A DNA stretch of 63,316 bases, filler included, from Octopus bimaculoides (GCF_001194135.2; 5 parts of 5 records of this genome joined end to end with filler, not necessarily neighbours in it); one strand, 5' to 3'. Shown: positions 50,537 to 62,299, numbered from the whole stretch's first letter. Notes: generated from the letters alone by a model not told the origin. Translations and numbers: made by a program.

Positions 50537-51226
50537 ATATATACAATTATAAATAAGGGTAAAAGAAAAAAATTTGTATGCCAATATGCTGAGGAACAGA
50601 CTTTTAATCGTCAATCACCACATGCAATATATACCACTATAAATACACATCGTGTTGAATTGAGGAAAGCAAGCTAACAGAATTTTTTGAAAAATTCATT
50701 ATCGCTGTATCGAACGATTTCGGGATTAATCCAACGGATTTTTCCACTCATCAGAAGAGAATAAGAAATAAATGAAATACTTACAAGCATTCATGGAAAA
50801 AAGTAGAAGCGGAAGTCATGGGTACACATAAGTACCCCAAATGTATCTAAATATAAGTTCTGTAGCAAGCCTCAACACACGTGTAATCGGTCAGGAACCA
50901 CAACTATATTTTGAGATATTTGGGGTACTTATGTGTACCCATGACTTTTGCTTCTGCTTTTTTCCATGGGTGCTTGTAAGTATTTCATTTATTTCTTATC
51001 TTATTCTTAGCTGATGAGTGAGAAAATCCGTTGGATTAATTCCGAAATCGTTCGATTCAGTTATAATGAATTTTTCAAAAAATTCTGTTAGCTTGCTTTT
51101 CTCGATTCAACACGATGTGTATTTATAGTGATGTATATTGTATGTAGTGGTTTGCAATTTCAAGTCTGTTTCTCAGCATATTGGCATAGAAATTTTTTCT
51201 TCTGCATTTATTTATAATTGTTTATA
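50537..51226. repeat. Large foldback (~320-bp arms, roughly 85-90% identical by eye, ~42-bp spacer), each arm carrying a hammerhead-like motif
   Basis: Arms 50537-50859 and 50902-51226; CTGATGA..GAAA-TCG-TT-CGA-T-H at 51011-51057 (+) and 50707-50754 (-). Confidence 0.92.
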
Positions 51227-51301
51227 ATTTTCACCTTAAAAGGTATTTTAATTTTCTGGTCACTTGAAACTTTTTGAAAAAATTTTATCCTATATTAGAA
51301 G

Positions 51302-51360
<59 letters not shown>

Positions 51361-51474
51361 CTAAAGATCGGATTACTATCTGAAAGACCAAAATCGCGAA
51401 ACCTAGAGTACAAAAATTATGAGCCGTGAAGTTATAATGTATTAAAGAATACTCTACATTAATCATACAGATAT

Positions 51475-52032
51475 GTGTGTTGATAACACCTTTAAGGAGG
51501 TGCTTTTTCCATTCGCCAAAGTGAATGAAGCCTTGGCCAGGAAGAACTGATGTCATCAGACGGTATCCAACGTTCATTGGGCGTTTCGATCCTGAACCGT
51601 AACACCCATCCATTGGTGGGTCAGCAGAGTTGGTCAAGTCACTACTCCTTATCTTCTCCTGGCTCCAAAGCCAACAAGAGGCTCTTTCAGCTGCCTCTCC
51701 CGTCCTACGCAAAGCCAACTTTCGCTCTTCACCTCTCATTCCAATTGTTGTAAGCATCCTCCATGCCGAATGAGCAGGGAATTCCCTACAGCCAACCTAG
51801 ACTGGGAAAAGCCATACCTGCCATCCCTTCTCCCTGCAATCCTGCAGAAACCACTCATATCTCGTACGCTTCCGTTCATGGGCCTCATCACACCCCTCTT
51901 CCCACGGGACTGTGAGTTCAATTACGATAATTTTCTTGGCATTTTCAGACCACAGGACCATATCTGGCCTCAGGATTGTATAGATAACTTGCGGGAACTG
52001 CAATCTCTACCCTAAGTCCACTTTCATATCCT
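51475..52032 (-). mobile_element. HERO-like RLE non-LTR retrotransposon 3' end
   Basis: MKVDLG*RLQFPQVI..LRPDMVLWS..IELTVPWEEGCDEAHERKRTRY..CREKGWQVWLFPV*VGCREF..GEAAERASCWLW: PD-(D/E)xK endonuclease with HERO-type tail. Confidence 0.8.
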
Positions 52033-52137
52033 ATGTGTGTGTGTGTGTGTGTATGTGTAATATGTAATATAAATGTATATGTGCGCGCGCGCGCGCGTAT
52101 AAAGTATATATATACATATATATGCACACACGCACAC

Positions 52138-52177
<40 letters not shown>

Positions 52178-52182
<5 letters not shown>

Positions 52183-52915
52183 CAATATATGAGTATATGC
52201 ATATATATGTACATGTATGTACATACCTTCATCCACATGTACACATAGATACATAACTGGGTACATGACGTGGCAAAAGAACATGGACAAAATGATAAAC
52301 AAGGTACAACAAACAAGCAAGCCACATAGAAACATCTCCTTCATCAGCTGCCACCATTAAAACACCGGCGTTTCGAAGAATTAAGGCAGTACGCATCGTT
52401 GAAATGGTTCTTCCCACGAACACAAATTAAATTATTTTCGTGGAGGTTAGTGGCGGACGGAAAACAAGACAGGAAAACGAAACGGTGAATAAACAAACAA
52501 GCAAAAAGGCTGTACAGCCAGACGTGAATNNNNNNNNNNNNNNNNNNNNNNNNNNNNNNNNNNNNNNNNNNNNNNNNNNNNNNNNNNNNNNNNNNNNNNN
52601 NNNNNNNNNNNNNNNNNNNNNNNNNNNNNNNNNNNNNNNNNNNNNNNNNNNNNNNNNNNNNNNNNNNNNNNNNNNNNNNNNNNNNNNNNNNNNNNNNNNN
52701 NNNNNNNNNNNNNNNNNNNNNNNNNNNNNNNNNNNNNNNNNNNNNNNNNNNNNNNNNNNNNNNNNNNNNNNNNNNNNNNNNNNNNNNNNNNNNNNNNNNN
52801 NNNNNNNNNNNNNNNNNNNNNNNNNNNNNNNNNNNNNNNNNNNNNNNNNNNNNNNNNNNNNNNNNNNNNNNNNNNNNNNNNNNNNNNNNNNNNNNNNNNN
52901 NNNNNNNNNNNNNNN

Positions 52916-52972
<57 letters not shown>

Positions 52973-53319
52973 CAATATATGAGTATATGCATATATATGT
53001 ACATGTATGTACATACCTTCATCCACATGTACATATAGATACATAACTGGGTACATGACGTGGCAAAAGAACATGGACAAAATGATAAACAAGGTACAAC
53101 AAACAAGCAAGCCACATAGAAACATCTCCTTCATCAGCTGCCACCATTAAAACACCGGCGTTTCGAAGAATTAAGGCAGTACGCATCGTTGAAATGGTTC
53201 TTCCCACGAACACAAATTAAATTATTTTCGTGGAGGTTAGTGGCGGACGGAAAACAAGACAGGAAAACGAAACGGTGAATAAACAAACAAGCAAAAAGGC
53301 TGTACAGCCAGACGTGAAT
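52178..53319. repeat. Two near-identical ~350-bp copies (52178-52529, 52968-53319) flanking a 386-N gap
   Basis: Offset 790 bp; only one difference noticed (cacatag versus catatag). Confidence 0.9.
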
Positions 53320-53440
53320 TGTGTATGTATTGGTGTGAGTGTGTGTGTGTGTGTGTATTGCCAAATAAACACACGCACTATATATTTTTTCTTCATTCGT
53401 TTATTACTGTTCGGATTTTATTATTCTAACTCATGTCCAT

Positions 53441-53485
53441 TGTCTGGAAATCTTTCGTCACACATCTGTGACCTCTTCAGCGACA
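53441..53485 (-). ncRNA. Minimal type I hammerhead ribozyme candidate with intact core
   Basis: Minus strand: TGTCG CTGAAGA G GTCAC agatgt GTGAC GAAA GATTT C CAGACA; perfect 5-bp stem II, near-palindromic stem III AGATTT, UUC site, stem I with one bulged A; ~650 bp downstream of a co-oriented PLE. Confidence 0.6.
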
Positions 53486-54139
53486 CATTTCGTCTTTGTG
53501 TGTGCTTTTGCTCCACTTATTTCTTTCTGCTCTACTATAATCTGTAGCCTTATGCACGCATGCGTTTGCGTCCGTGTTTTTGTGTGTGCATGTGTGTGTA
53601 TGCTTTTGAATGTGTGTCATTGTTCTTAGTAGCAGTATGATCCCCCTCTCAGCCGCATCCTTCCCCCCCCCGTTGTTGCTGCTGCTGGTACAGTTCCTGT
53701 ATCTCTCTGTATTTGTGTGTTCACCCACGGAGTGCCACCATGGTGGTTGTTGTTATTGTTATTGCCATCGTTGTCACCGCAGCTACTGCTGTCGTTGATA
53801 GTCGTGTTTTGATACTGTTGCGGCCGTCTGTGAAGTTATTGTGTGTGTGTTTGTGTGTGTATATAGGTTCACTTCTCATGTCGTTTGAATCCATGCCCTT
53901 TATATAGTCTTATTTATTTATTTATTATCTATCTCTATTTCTTATATTTATCACAGGTATGTGACAAATATATGTATTTATGTATTTTCTTATTATCTTT
54001 TTCCATTTCTTATATGTATCACAGGTATGTGCATATATGTCTATTTTGTGTGTATTACCCTGTTTGTATCTGTGTTTTATTTATTACTATTATTTGTTCC
54101 CCCTCTCTCCCCCCTTCTGTCTTTGGTCATGTGGTGTGG

Positions 54140-55500
54140 TGGTGGGTGCTCTTGTTCCATTCGTGTTTTCTATTGAAGTTCAGTCTATTTACTGCTATGT
54201 GTGTAGCCTCAGTGATCTGTCTAAGTGTCGTGTCAGTTCTATGTGTGGATAATACTTGAACTTCTCTGCTATCAATCGAACTTCCATGTTCTGCTTCAGC
54301 ATGTTGTTAGAGCACTGACGAACCTTCTCTTTGAGCTCTCGCCATTGTCCACCTATATGCATCCCCTACGCTGCGGGCAGTCTCTTTAATGTAAGTAGCT
54401 GTCATGTTTCTGTACCGTTCCTCAGTACATCGTAAGCTATACATTATATTCCTAAGCTTACAGTTCACCCGTGGGTTCATCCTACATACAACACAATTGT
54501 TCTCCGCACATGGGAAATTATCAAAGATATAGTTTCTACAAATCACAGATTTTATAGAGGCATCAGTCCTTTCTACTACTTTAATCTGTAGACTAACCTT
54601 ACTTAATGTTTTTCTAAAATGGTACGCTAGTTCGCCGCCATGACGCTCTGGTATTTTTTTGTTGTCAAACCAAGAGTTTGTTTTATCTATACTCCTGTAT
54701 AGTGGGCAGGTCGCCTTAGCATCACTTTCTATGATGGCTTTGTACTTAGTCCTGGCTCCTTAGTACACTCGAATTCTGTCCCTTTGATTGTAGCCAGAAA
54801 ACTGCATGCGGTGGATGAAGTGTTGTATGTGTCTTTCCAATTCCATTGGATCGCACATGCGTGACACATTCCTCACCACCCTCACCAAGTTACTTATAAG
54901 AATGTTGAACTTGGCGTTGTCCACAGTAGCTGTGTTCTTGTGAACAAGGTACTTAGAGGCCATGGGTTTGGCATAATGAGAGTGAAAGATCTGGACCTTG
55001 CTAGAGTTCTGTATCTAAAACGAGTAACCTATAGTTTGGGTGCTTACTAAGGTAGTCTATCGTTATTTCAATACTCTGGTGGATAGTGTTAGCTTCTAGA
55101 CCATCAACATTATCTTGCAGGGGTGCTTTGGCTACTATGTTGATATCATCCACATAGCGGGAGTACATGGTTAGCTTTATGGAGTTCTCTGTTAATTTCT
55201 CTTTGAGTCTCCTATCCCACCATACTATAAATAAGTTAGACACATCGCTAGCGATACTGACATCGATGGCTGCACCTTCCTCTTGGGTGTATATTTTGCT
55301 ATTAAACTTGAATATATGGCCTCTGAATGTGGTCTTGGAACTCGCACCCACCGCATGTGCGACCATCTTTTTAACCTGATCAGAGTCCGTATTGCTCTGG
55401 TCCACCCGTTCCATTTCTCTTTCGGGGTCTTCTTGGTCATATGGACGTAGTATATATCTGTTTCAACACATAATTTCACATCAGGAATCTTGCAGCACAA
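54140..55500 (-). mobile_element. Penelope-like element (RT, thumb, Cys linker, GIY-YIG), 5'-truncated and decayed
   Basis: IFKFNSKIYTQEEGAAI..YSRYVDDINIV (55001-55414); MASKYLVH..RMQFSGYNQRDR (54760-54963); CAENNCVVC..NPRVNCKLRNIMYSLRC..TYIKETARSVG (54307-54546); TLRQITEATHI..NRKHEW. Confidence 0.88.
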
Positions 55501-55821
55501 ATTCATATACATATTTATATACACATATATATATACGTACATATATAATAATTGATGAAGGAAACGGAAGATAGATTTGGCACGATCGTTTCGGCCCCTT
55601 TTGCGACTGTGCTTTTATGGGTGTTAAAGAAATATTGGATTACATTAAGTTTAAAGAGAGTGTCTATACTTTCTGACATGAACAGACTTTGGATGACACT
55701 AAGTAGTCCAAACTGGGAACGTGCCTTACTCAGCACACTAATTGTTATATACTCATTATTCCCCAAAATTACCAGACACATACATACATACATACATACA
55801 TGCATACATACATACACACAT

Positions 55822-55871
<50 letters not shown>

Positions 55872-55957
55872 GTATATATGTATATATGTATAAATATATA
55901 TGTATATATAGATACATATATACATACATATATATATTTATGTATATATGTATATGC

Positions 55958-56034
<77 letters not shown>

Positions 56035-56371
56035 TATATGTATGTATGTATGCATGTATGTATGTATGTATGTACATATATATAATGTAAGATGAGGATT
56101 CAGATAGAATCAGGTACTTAAAAAAGTATGCACCAGGTAGGTTGATTAATCTCCGTGGTTCCAGCCTATGGTTTGTGAGAGTCGAAATATCGGATAGGAT
56201 ATTTCGGTTGCGTACACAGATAAAACCAACCCTATGAGTATTTAGCGCCTAAGGGGCTAAGGGGCTAAGGGCTAAGGGGCTAAGCGGCTAGTTCAAATCA
56301 CGTGTTACTTTGAATAGTGCGTTGTTGGTATAGTCTAGAGTGTCTGATAAGTCATAAAATCCCTTGATGTA

Positions 56372-56625
56372 TTATAATCAAATGCATAATAACATACGAT
56401 GGATAATTGTCAGTTCATTACAGTTGTTTCTTAAGGAAGTTTTTAATAGAAGAATGATAATATGACATCATTATAAAAGACCGTAAATCATCAGATACAA
56501 AAGAAAAGAGTATCCCAAGAATACAGCAAGGATGTGGCTAGAGTCTGTCGAGGCCAACTGGGAAATGAGAGAATGACCAACTGTGTTGGCCGTTTAGGTT
56601 AAGAATGTTGTTTTGAAAGTGTGTA
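56372..56625 (-). repeat. Inverted terminal repeat (inverted pLTR) of the PLE at 56650-59277
   Basis: Reverse complement aligns over ~255 bp with 59013-59277 (e.g. acattcttaacctaaacggccaaca..tccatcgtatgttatta). Confidence 0.88.
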
Positions 56626-56649
56626 ATATGATATCTATTTCCGGGCAGT

Positions 56650-58130
56650 ATTGACTATGTGGTCAAGTTTATGATTAATACTGTTCGGAGAATATGCACC
56701 ACGAGTAAGGATAACAGGGCAATTAATAACTATACTACAAATACGGACAGTGACCATATCGGCAACAACACAAATAAAAATGAAGATGAAAATAAAAACT
56801 TTTGTTCTTCAAAAGTTTTTCACTCAAACTCCCATGTATACAAAGGTAAGAACAAGAAGAAACGTGACGTAACATGGTCTCCCTTCAATTATACGTAATA
56901 CATACTAATATAAGTAGAAAACTATTTAGTATACTAAAGCGCAACCTTTCCCCCTCACAGAATTATTACCGTTTATCCTCCTGTAGAAACGTTAGGGTCT
57001 CCTGCCTAACACTCCCCAATCTAGGTACAATTATAGCTGGCCTGAATAAGAAACACATATCCATGGCCCGAAGTAGTAATAATATCCTTAGCAGCACCGC
57101 TCCCAATAAAAATCGCAGTAGGAAAAACGATAATAATAATATTAATATTACTTTTATCACCACTATCTCTACCGACACTAATACTGTATACAACAATACC
57201 AACAGCGAACTAGTATTGTCAGTGAGTAGATATTATACGACTGACAAGAATCAGCCAGGACAAATAGGGACAGCAGCCGTACCAACTATGCCACAACTAC
57301 CAATAGTAGCAGCGGGATGGATTCCACTAGCTTAAGCTCAAACAATACCGACTCCCTACAACACTCTCTCCACTAGCTGTAATGACAGCCCACCTACTCT
57401 CATTTATGTTGCCGATATGCTAAACGCACAGAACTCTAACACCTGTGTTGGTAATCTTTCCATAATATCACCCACTCTCGACCCTCTAGTGTCACTATCT
57501 GAAAGCCAAATCTCTTACGTCATCGCCCAGTCTCAACAGTCTGCGACCCAAGATTCGGCAACTAATTTTAATCATAATAATATTGATCATAGTAATATAA
57601 ACCCCAGCAACTAACTCTCGCGAGCTGGAACTATTACGCAATGATAACGTTGGATCACGTACCCGTAACAATAAATTTTAAAGTATTAGAAAATATTGGG
57701 TGCAATTGTTTAGACAAAATATCTCGTCCACTTTCTGGTCAATGTTTAGCAGAAAATATGGTTTACAAATGTGATATTGTAATGGAAACCACTATTGATC
57801 GACTGTTCTGTAAATCTCAAGGGGCGCTTACGCAATCACTATTCATCTTTTCAATTAAGATGTAGGGCTGGAAGGACGTCTCTAGCCATGAAGATTTTGG
57901 AACTCAAAGACGGCAATGTTAAATTTGACTTGAGTTGGGACATCATTAGGGTCGCTAATCCATACTTAAACAGTAGATACGGACGCAGACTTTGCTGCAT
58001 GGTGCTATTTGAAATTTTAAGATATAATAGAGAAAAATCTACTAAATAATAAAATAGAACTTCGTCTTTCCTGTATACATATGGCTACCCCAACGTTTAA
58101 ATACTTTAAAGACATTAAACAACCCCTATA
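56650..58130 (+). mobile_element. Second-family Penelope-like element, 3' part of ORF (thumb/linker plus GIY-YIG), decayed
   Basis: KKRDVTWSPFNY..HTNISRKLFSILKRNL..RNVRVSCLTLPNLGTIIAGLNKK; CNCLDKISRPLSGQCLAENMVYKC; LKGRLRNHYSSF..SWDIIRVANPY..LNNKIELRLSCIH. Confidence 0.82.
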
Positions 58131-59012
58131 ATAGGCGCCAATATAGGTCCAATCCAATTTACTCCCATTCGCCTATCGATCTACTCATTCGTTTCTGAGT
58201 TCTCCTGGTCTCGTTTTCCCTTTACCAATACCTTCTAACCGCTCTTACTATACTTGCATGGTATGCTATATTGAAGGAACTAATCATTCTATCTGTGGTG
58301 TACTCGGTATTATGCTTAACCTCTAGTGGAAGCCTGCACTCCCTAGATAGTTCATTTCCGTTCCTACTAAGTATGTACTCCTTACACCAACATACAGTTT
58401 TTTAAATAGCACTCGTTATATAGTAGATAGAATACATTATTCAATCTACTTACACGCGACTATTGTCTTAAGTTGCTTCACCTGATTCACACAAAGGTGA
58501 TTATACCATCCAATCTTGATATCATCGCCACCCGTTTAACATTCCATATTGTTAATCATTAGACTACTCCCTACTGCTGGCTTTCTCTATTATCCGATCT
58601 TCTATTTCCTCTAACTCTATGCTAGGTGTAGTTCATTATATAATCTTATACTTCTTTAAATTCTTTAAACTCCATATTGATAGGTTGCACTCTACATTAC
58701 TAAAACTTAAATTCCATAAACGTTTGACCTTATTATTTGATGGCCTTCGTACATCGCTACTTTCAACCAATATCCACTAAATACCCCTAGATCTCTGCGT
58801 TTCTCTGTACCTCTCCCTTGGTCATTTACCATTACTATGCCACGACCCTTTACCTGATTGACTTGGGCGGTTTTATATTTTTATTTAAAATTTTCCTTTG
58901 ATTTATTTATCATTTCTTTTTCCCCTTATCCTTAATTGTTTTATGACCTCTCCTTACTTCCCATTACTCTAAGCCTGCTATAATAAATTATCTCTTACAC
59001 CCCACTCCAGAC

Positions 59013-59271
59013 TACACGCTTTCAAGAGCTACATTCTTAACCTAAACGGCCAACATAGTTGGTCATTCTCCCATTTCATAGTTGGCCTCGACAGAATCTA
59101 GCCACATCCCTGCTGTATACTTGGGATATTCTTTTCTTTTGTGAAATTGCTTCTCGTCTGAATATTACGGTTTTCTATAATGATGTAATGTTCTCATTCT
59201 TCTATTAAAAGTTACATAAGAAACAGATGTAATGAGCAGATAATTGTCCATCGTATGTTATTATTCATTTG

Positions 59272-59277
<6 letters not shown>
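59013..59277 (+). repeat. 3' terminal repeat (pLTR) of the same PLE with a decayed hammerhead (59153-59236), followed by (TA)n
   Basis: CTCGT CTGAATA TTACGG..CATAA GAAAC AGAT GT A ATGAG; 5-bp stem I CTCGT/ATGAG. Confidence 0.8.
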
Positions 59278-59353
<76 letters not shown>

Positions 59354-59366
59354 CAGAGAGAGAGAA

Positions 59367-59417
<51 letters not shown>

Positions 59418-59541
59418 GAGAAAGAAAGAGAGAGAAACAATTTGTTTTAAATCTCTGGGGGAGAGATATACAGTAACAGTACCGAAAAGTAAAGTTTATA
59501 TGTCACATTCTGTTGGTATATAAACTTTATAAATATATATA

Positions 59542-59957
59542 GGCGTAGGAGTGGCTGTGTGGTAAGTAGCTTTCTTACGAACCACATGGTTCAGGGTTCA
59601 GTCCCACTGCGTGGCACCTTGGGCAACTATCTTCTACTATAGCCTCGGGCCGACCAAAGCTTTGTGAGTGGATTTGATAGAGGGAAACTGAAAGAAGCCC
59701 GTCGTATATATGTATAATATATATATATATATATGTATGTGTGTGTATATGTTTGTGGGTTTGTGTTTGTCCCCCCCAACATCGCTTGACAACCGATGAT
59801 GGTGTGTTTACGTCCCCGTAACTTAGCGGTTCGGCAAAAGAGAACGATATAATAAGTACTAGGCTTACAAAGTATAAGTCCTGGGGTCGATTTGCTCGAC
59901 TAAAGGCGGAGCTCCAGCATGGCCACAGTCAAATGACTAAAACAAGTAAAAGAGTAT
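59542..59957 (+). mobile_element. Family-1 SINE, best-preserved full-length copy
   Basis: GGCGTAGGAGTGGCTGTGTGG A box, GGTTCAGTCCC B box, internal (TA)n(TG)n, tail gtcaaatgactaaaacaagtaaaagagta. Confidence 0.93.
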
Positions 59958-60471
59958 ATGTAGGGTTTAACTTTATATATATTAAAGATTAACTTCTATG
60001 TTGTAGTAGAGGCAACATGTTCTTTGTCTATCTGCTTAACTTCTTGGAGATTTTAGGTATAAATATACCAATGTGTCCATCTGTTCAAATTTAATTAAAT
60101 TCAATGGCTGTGTGCAGCTGAGGATTGCTCTGCATTTTAAATTGATATAATGATTGCATTGTTCAATTAAATGGAGTTGTATGAAACGATCGTACTACAT
60201 TACCTCTGGATATCCTTGTTGCTTATTTTGATTGATATATATATATATATATAAAATCATAAATATATAGGGATTAGCATGAGATGCTTCACCAACATAC
60301 TGAAAATTTAGAAATAGCAGTCAAAAAACTACTGATTCCAAACTACAAATTTTTCTCTAACGGATGGCGATATTTATGGCACACACAGAACAAAAACAGA
60401 AGAGAAAAGCAAAAACAAACCTGTCTTTAGTTAATCATGTACGACGTTTCACGGTTAAAAGTATAAAGCTA

Positions 60472-60571
60472 NNNNNNNNNNNNNNNNNNNNNNNNNNNNN
60501 NNNNNNNNNNNNNNNTTAATTAATTAANNNNNNNNNNNNNNNNNNNNNNNNNNNNNNNNNNNNNNNNNNNN
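60472..60571. other. Synthetic scaffold spacer N44-TTAATTAATTAA-N44
   Basis: Same 100-bp structure. Confidence 0.97.
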
Positions 60572-60884
60572 TATATACATACATATAGGAAATATTGCCT
60601 TGTAGTGTGATGAAAGTCATAAATACAACACGAAAATATACACAGTGAATCTATATTTGATATTTTAGATTTATTACATCTTATGTTGCATTAGATATCA
60701 TATATATTAGACGACATGGAGATCGTACTGATAAATACAATATCGAATTACATCTAATCTATGTAGCACATGCTATATAAATTATATTTAATAAATATAT
60801 AAACACTTCTGGTTGTTTGATGCTTGCCAATACACACGCACATACAAATACACGCATACATATGTATGTATGTACGTATGTGTG

Positions 60885-60937
<53 letters not shown>

Positions 60938-61031
60938 TATATATATATATGTGTATATATATATATCTAAATTCATATACACACATGCATATACATATAT
61001 ATTTATAAATATATGCGTGTATATATGAAGG

Positions 61032-61088
<57 letters not shown>

Positions 61089-61532
61089 GGATAGAGTTGG
61101 GGACAACATACAGGAAGATGTCGCTGGAATATGGATTATATAATCTATATCTTATTGAAAACAAAAATGAGATTTGTTATTCTAGTCACATTTTTCTGTG
61201 TGATTTTTAAGTAGTTATAGGAGAATAGGAGAATAATAAAAACATTGCTGAAACATGGTACTGTAGCTGTGTATGTATGTATGTATGTATGTATGTATGT
61301 ATGTATGTATGTATGTGTGTGTGTGTGTGTGAAAGTGTGTGTATGTACTCACATGCACATACACACATCCATATCTATATACATATATAGATAGATAGAC
61401 AGATAGATAAATAGACACATATATACTTAATGATGTACCTCGAAGCGAATATAGTTATAAATAAGCTTGTAATATATTGAGCTAAAATTCCTTACATATA
61501 TATGTACACGTGGGTGGGTGTATATATGTATG

Positions 61533-62149
61533 TACTAGCAGAATAGCCCGTCGTTGCCGGGCAATTTTTACAATAGAATGTCCTATATAAAGTTTTGTTT
61601 ATGCCATGTCAGAGCATTTCTTCCCCAACAGATAGGCCTCTTGATCAGTACAGATTTATGCAATTTTTTGCAAAACACTTCGTTGAGGATTTTTTTTCCC
61701 CTTTTTAAATTATTTACATGTCTGTTCGACGCTTTCACATGACTTTATTCATTAAAACTTATTAAAACTTTAGAAGTTCTTATAACTTTAGTCGATGTAC
61801 TGTTTTGCTTTCGTTTGTTTAACAAAAATTCTTCCTCCTGAAGATTTTGCTTTCATTTTGTGATAGACAGCTATCATGCAGAAAATGCCAGCTTCCAAAT
61901 CCTGTTTTCGGATTAGGTAAAATTGATTAAACGTTAAACCTTAGTAACATTTTTCTGCAATTTTACTGGAACAAATAAATAATAAAATCGGATTTAACGA
62001 GGACAATTATTTCAATATAACAAATTTGAAAAATTTGACGTAATTTTAACATCTCAAAAGTAGAGAACGTGAAGCACACACGCACACACGCACACACATT
62101 TACAAACGTACACACAGGCAATTACTAATTTTAAATGGCGTATATAGAC
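61533..62149 (+). mobile_element. Non-autonomous Helitron-like element (Lep1/HINE-type ends)
   Basis: 5' TACTAGCAGAATAGCCCGTCGTTGCCGGG (ACTAG start plus short GC palindrome), internal aaaatcgg block, subterminal (CA)-rich tract and TATATAGA end. Confidence 0.55.
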
Positions 62150-62180
<31 letters not shown>

Positions 62181-62299
62181 TGTATCACTGGATCGACCAG
62201 ACTATCGGATGTGGTTATAGAGCGTTGCTCACAATGCGCTCCTTCACATTATTGAAGACGTTAGTCTGTTGTAAGGGTACCCATTTACAACTTCGTGTC

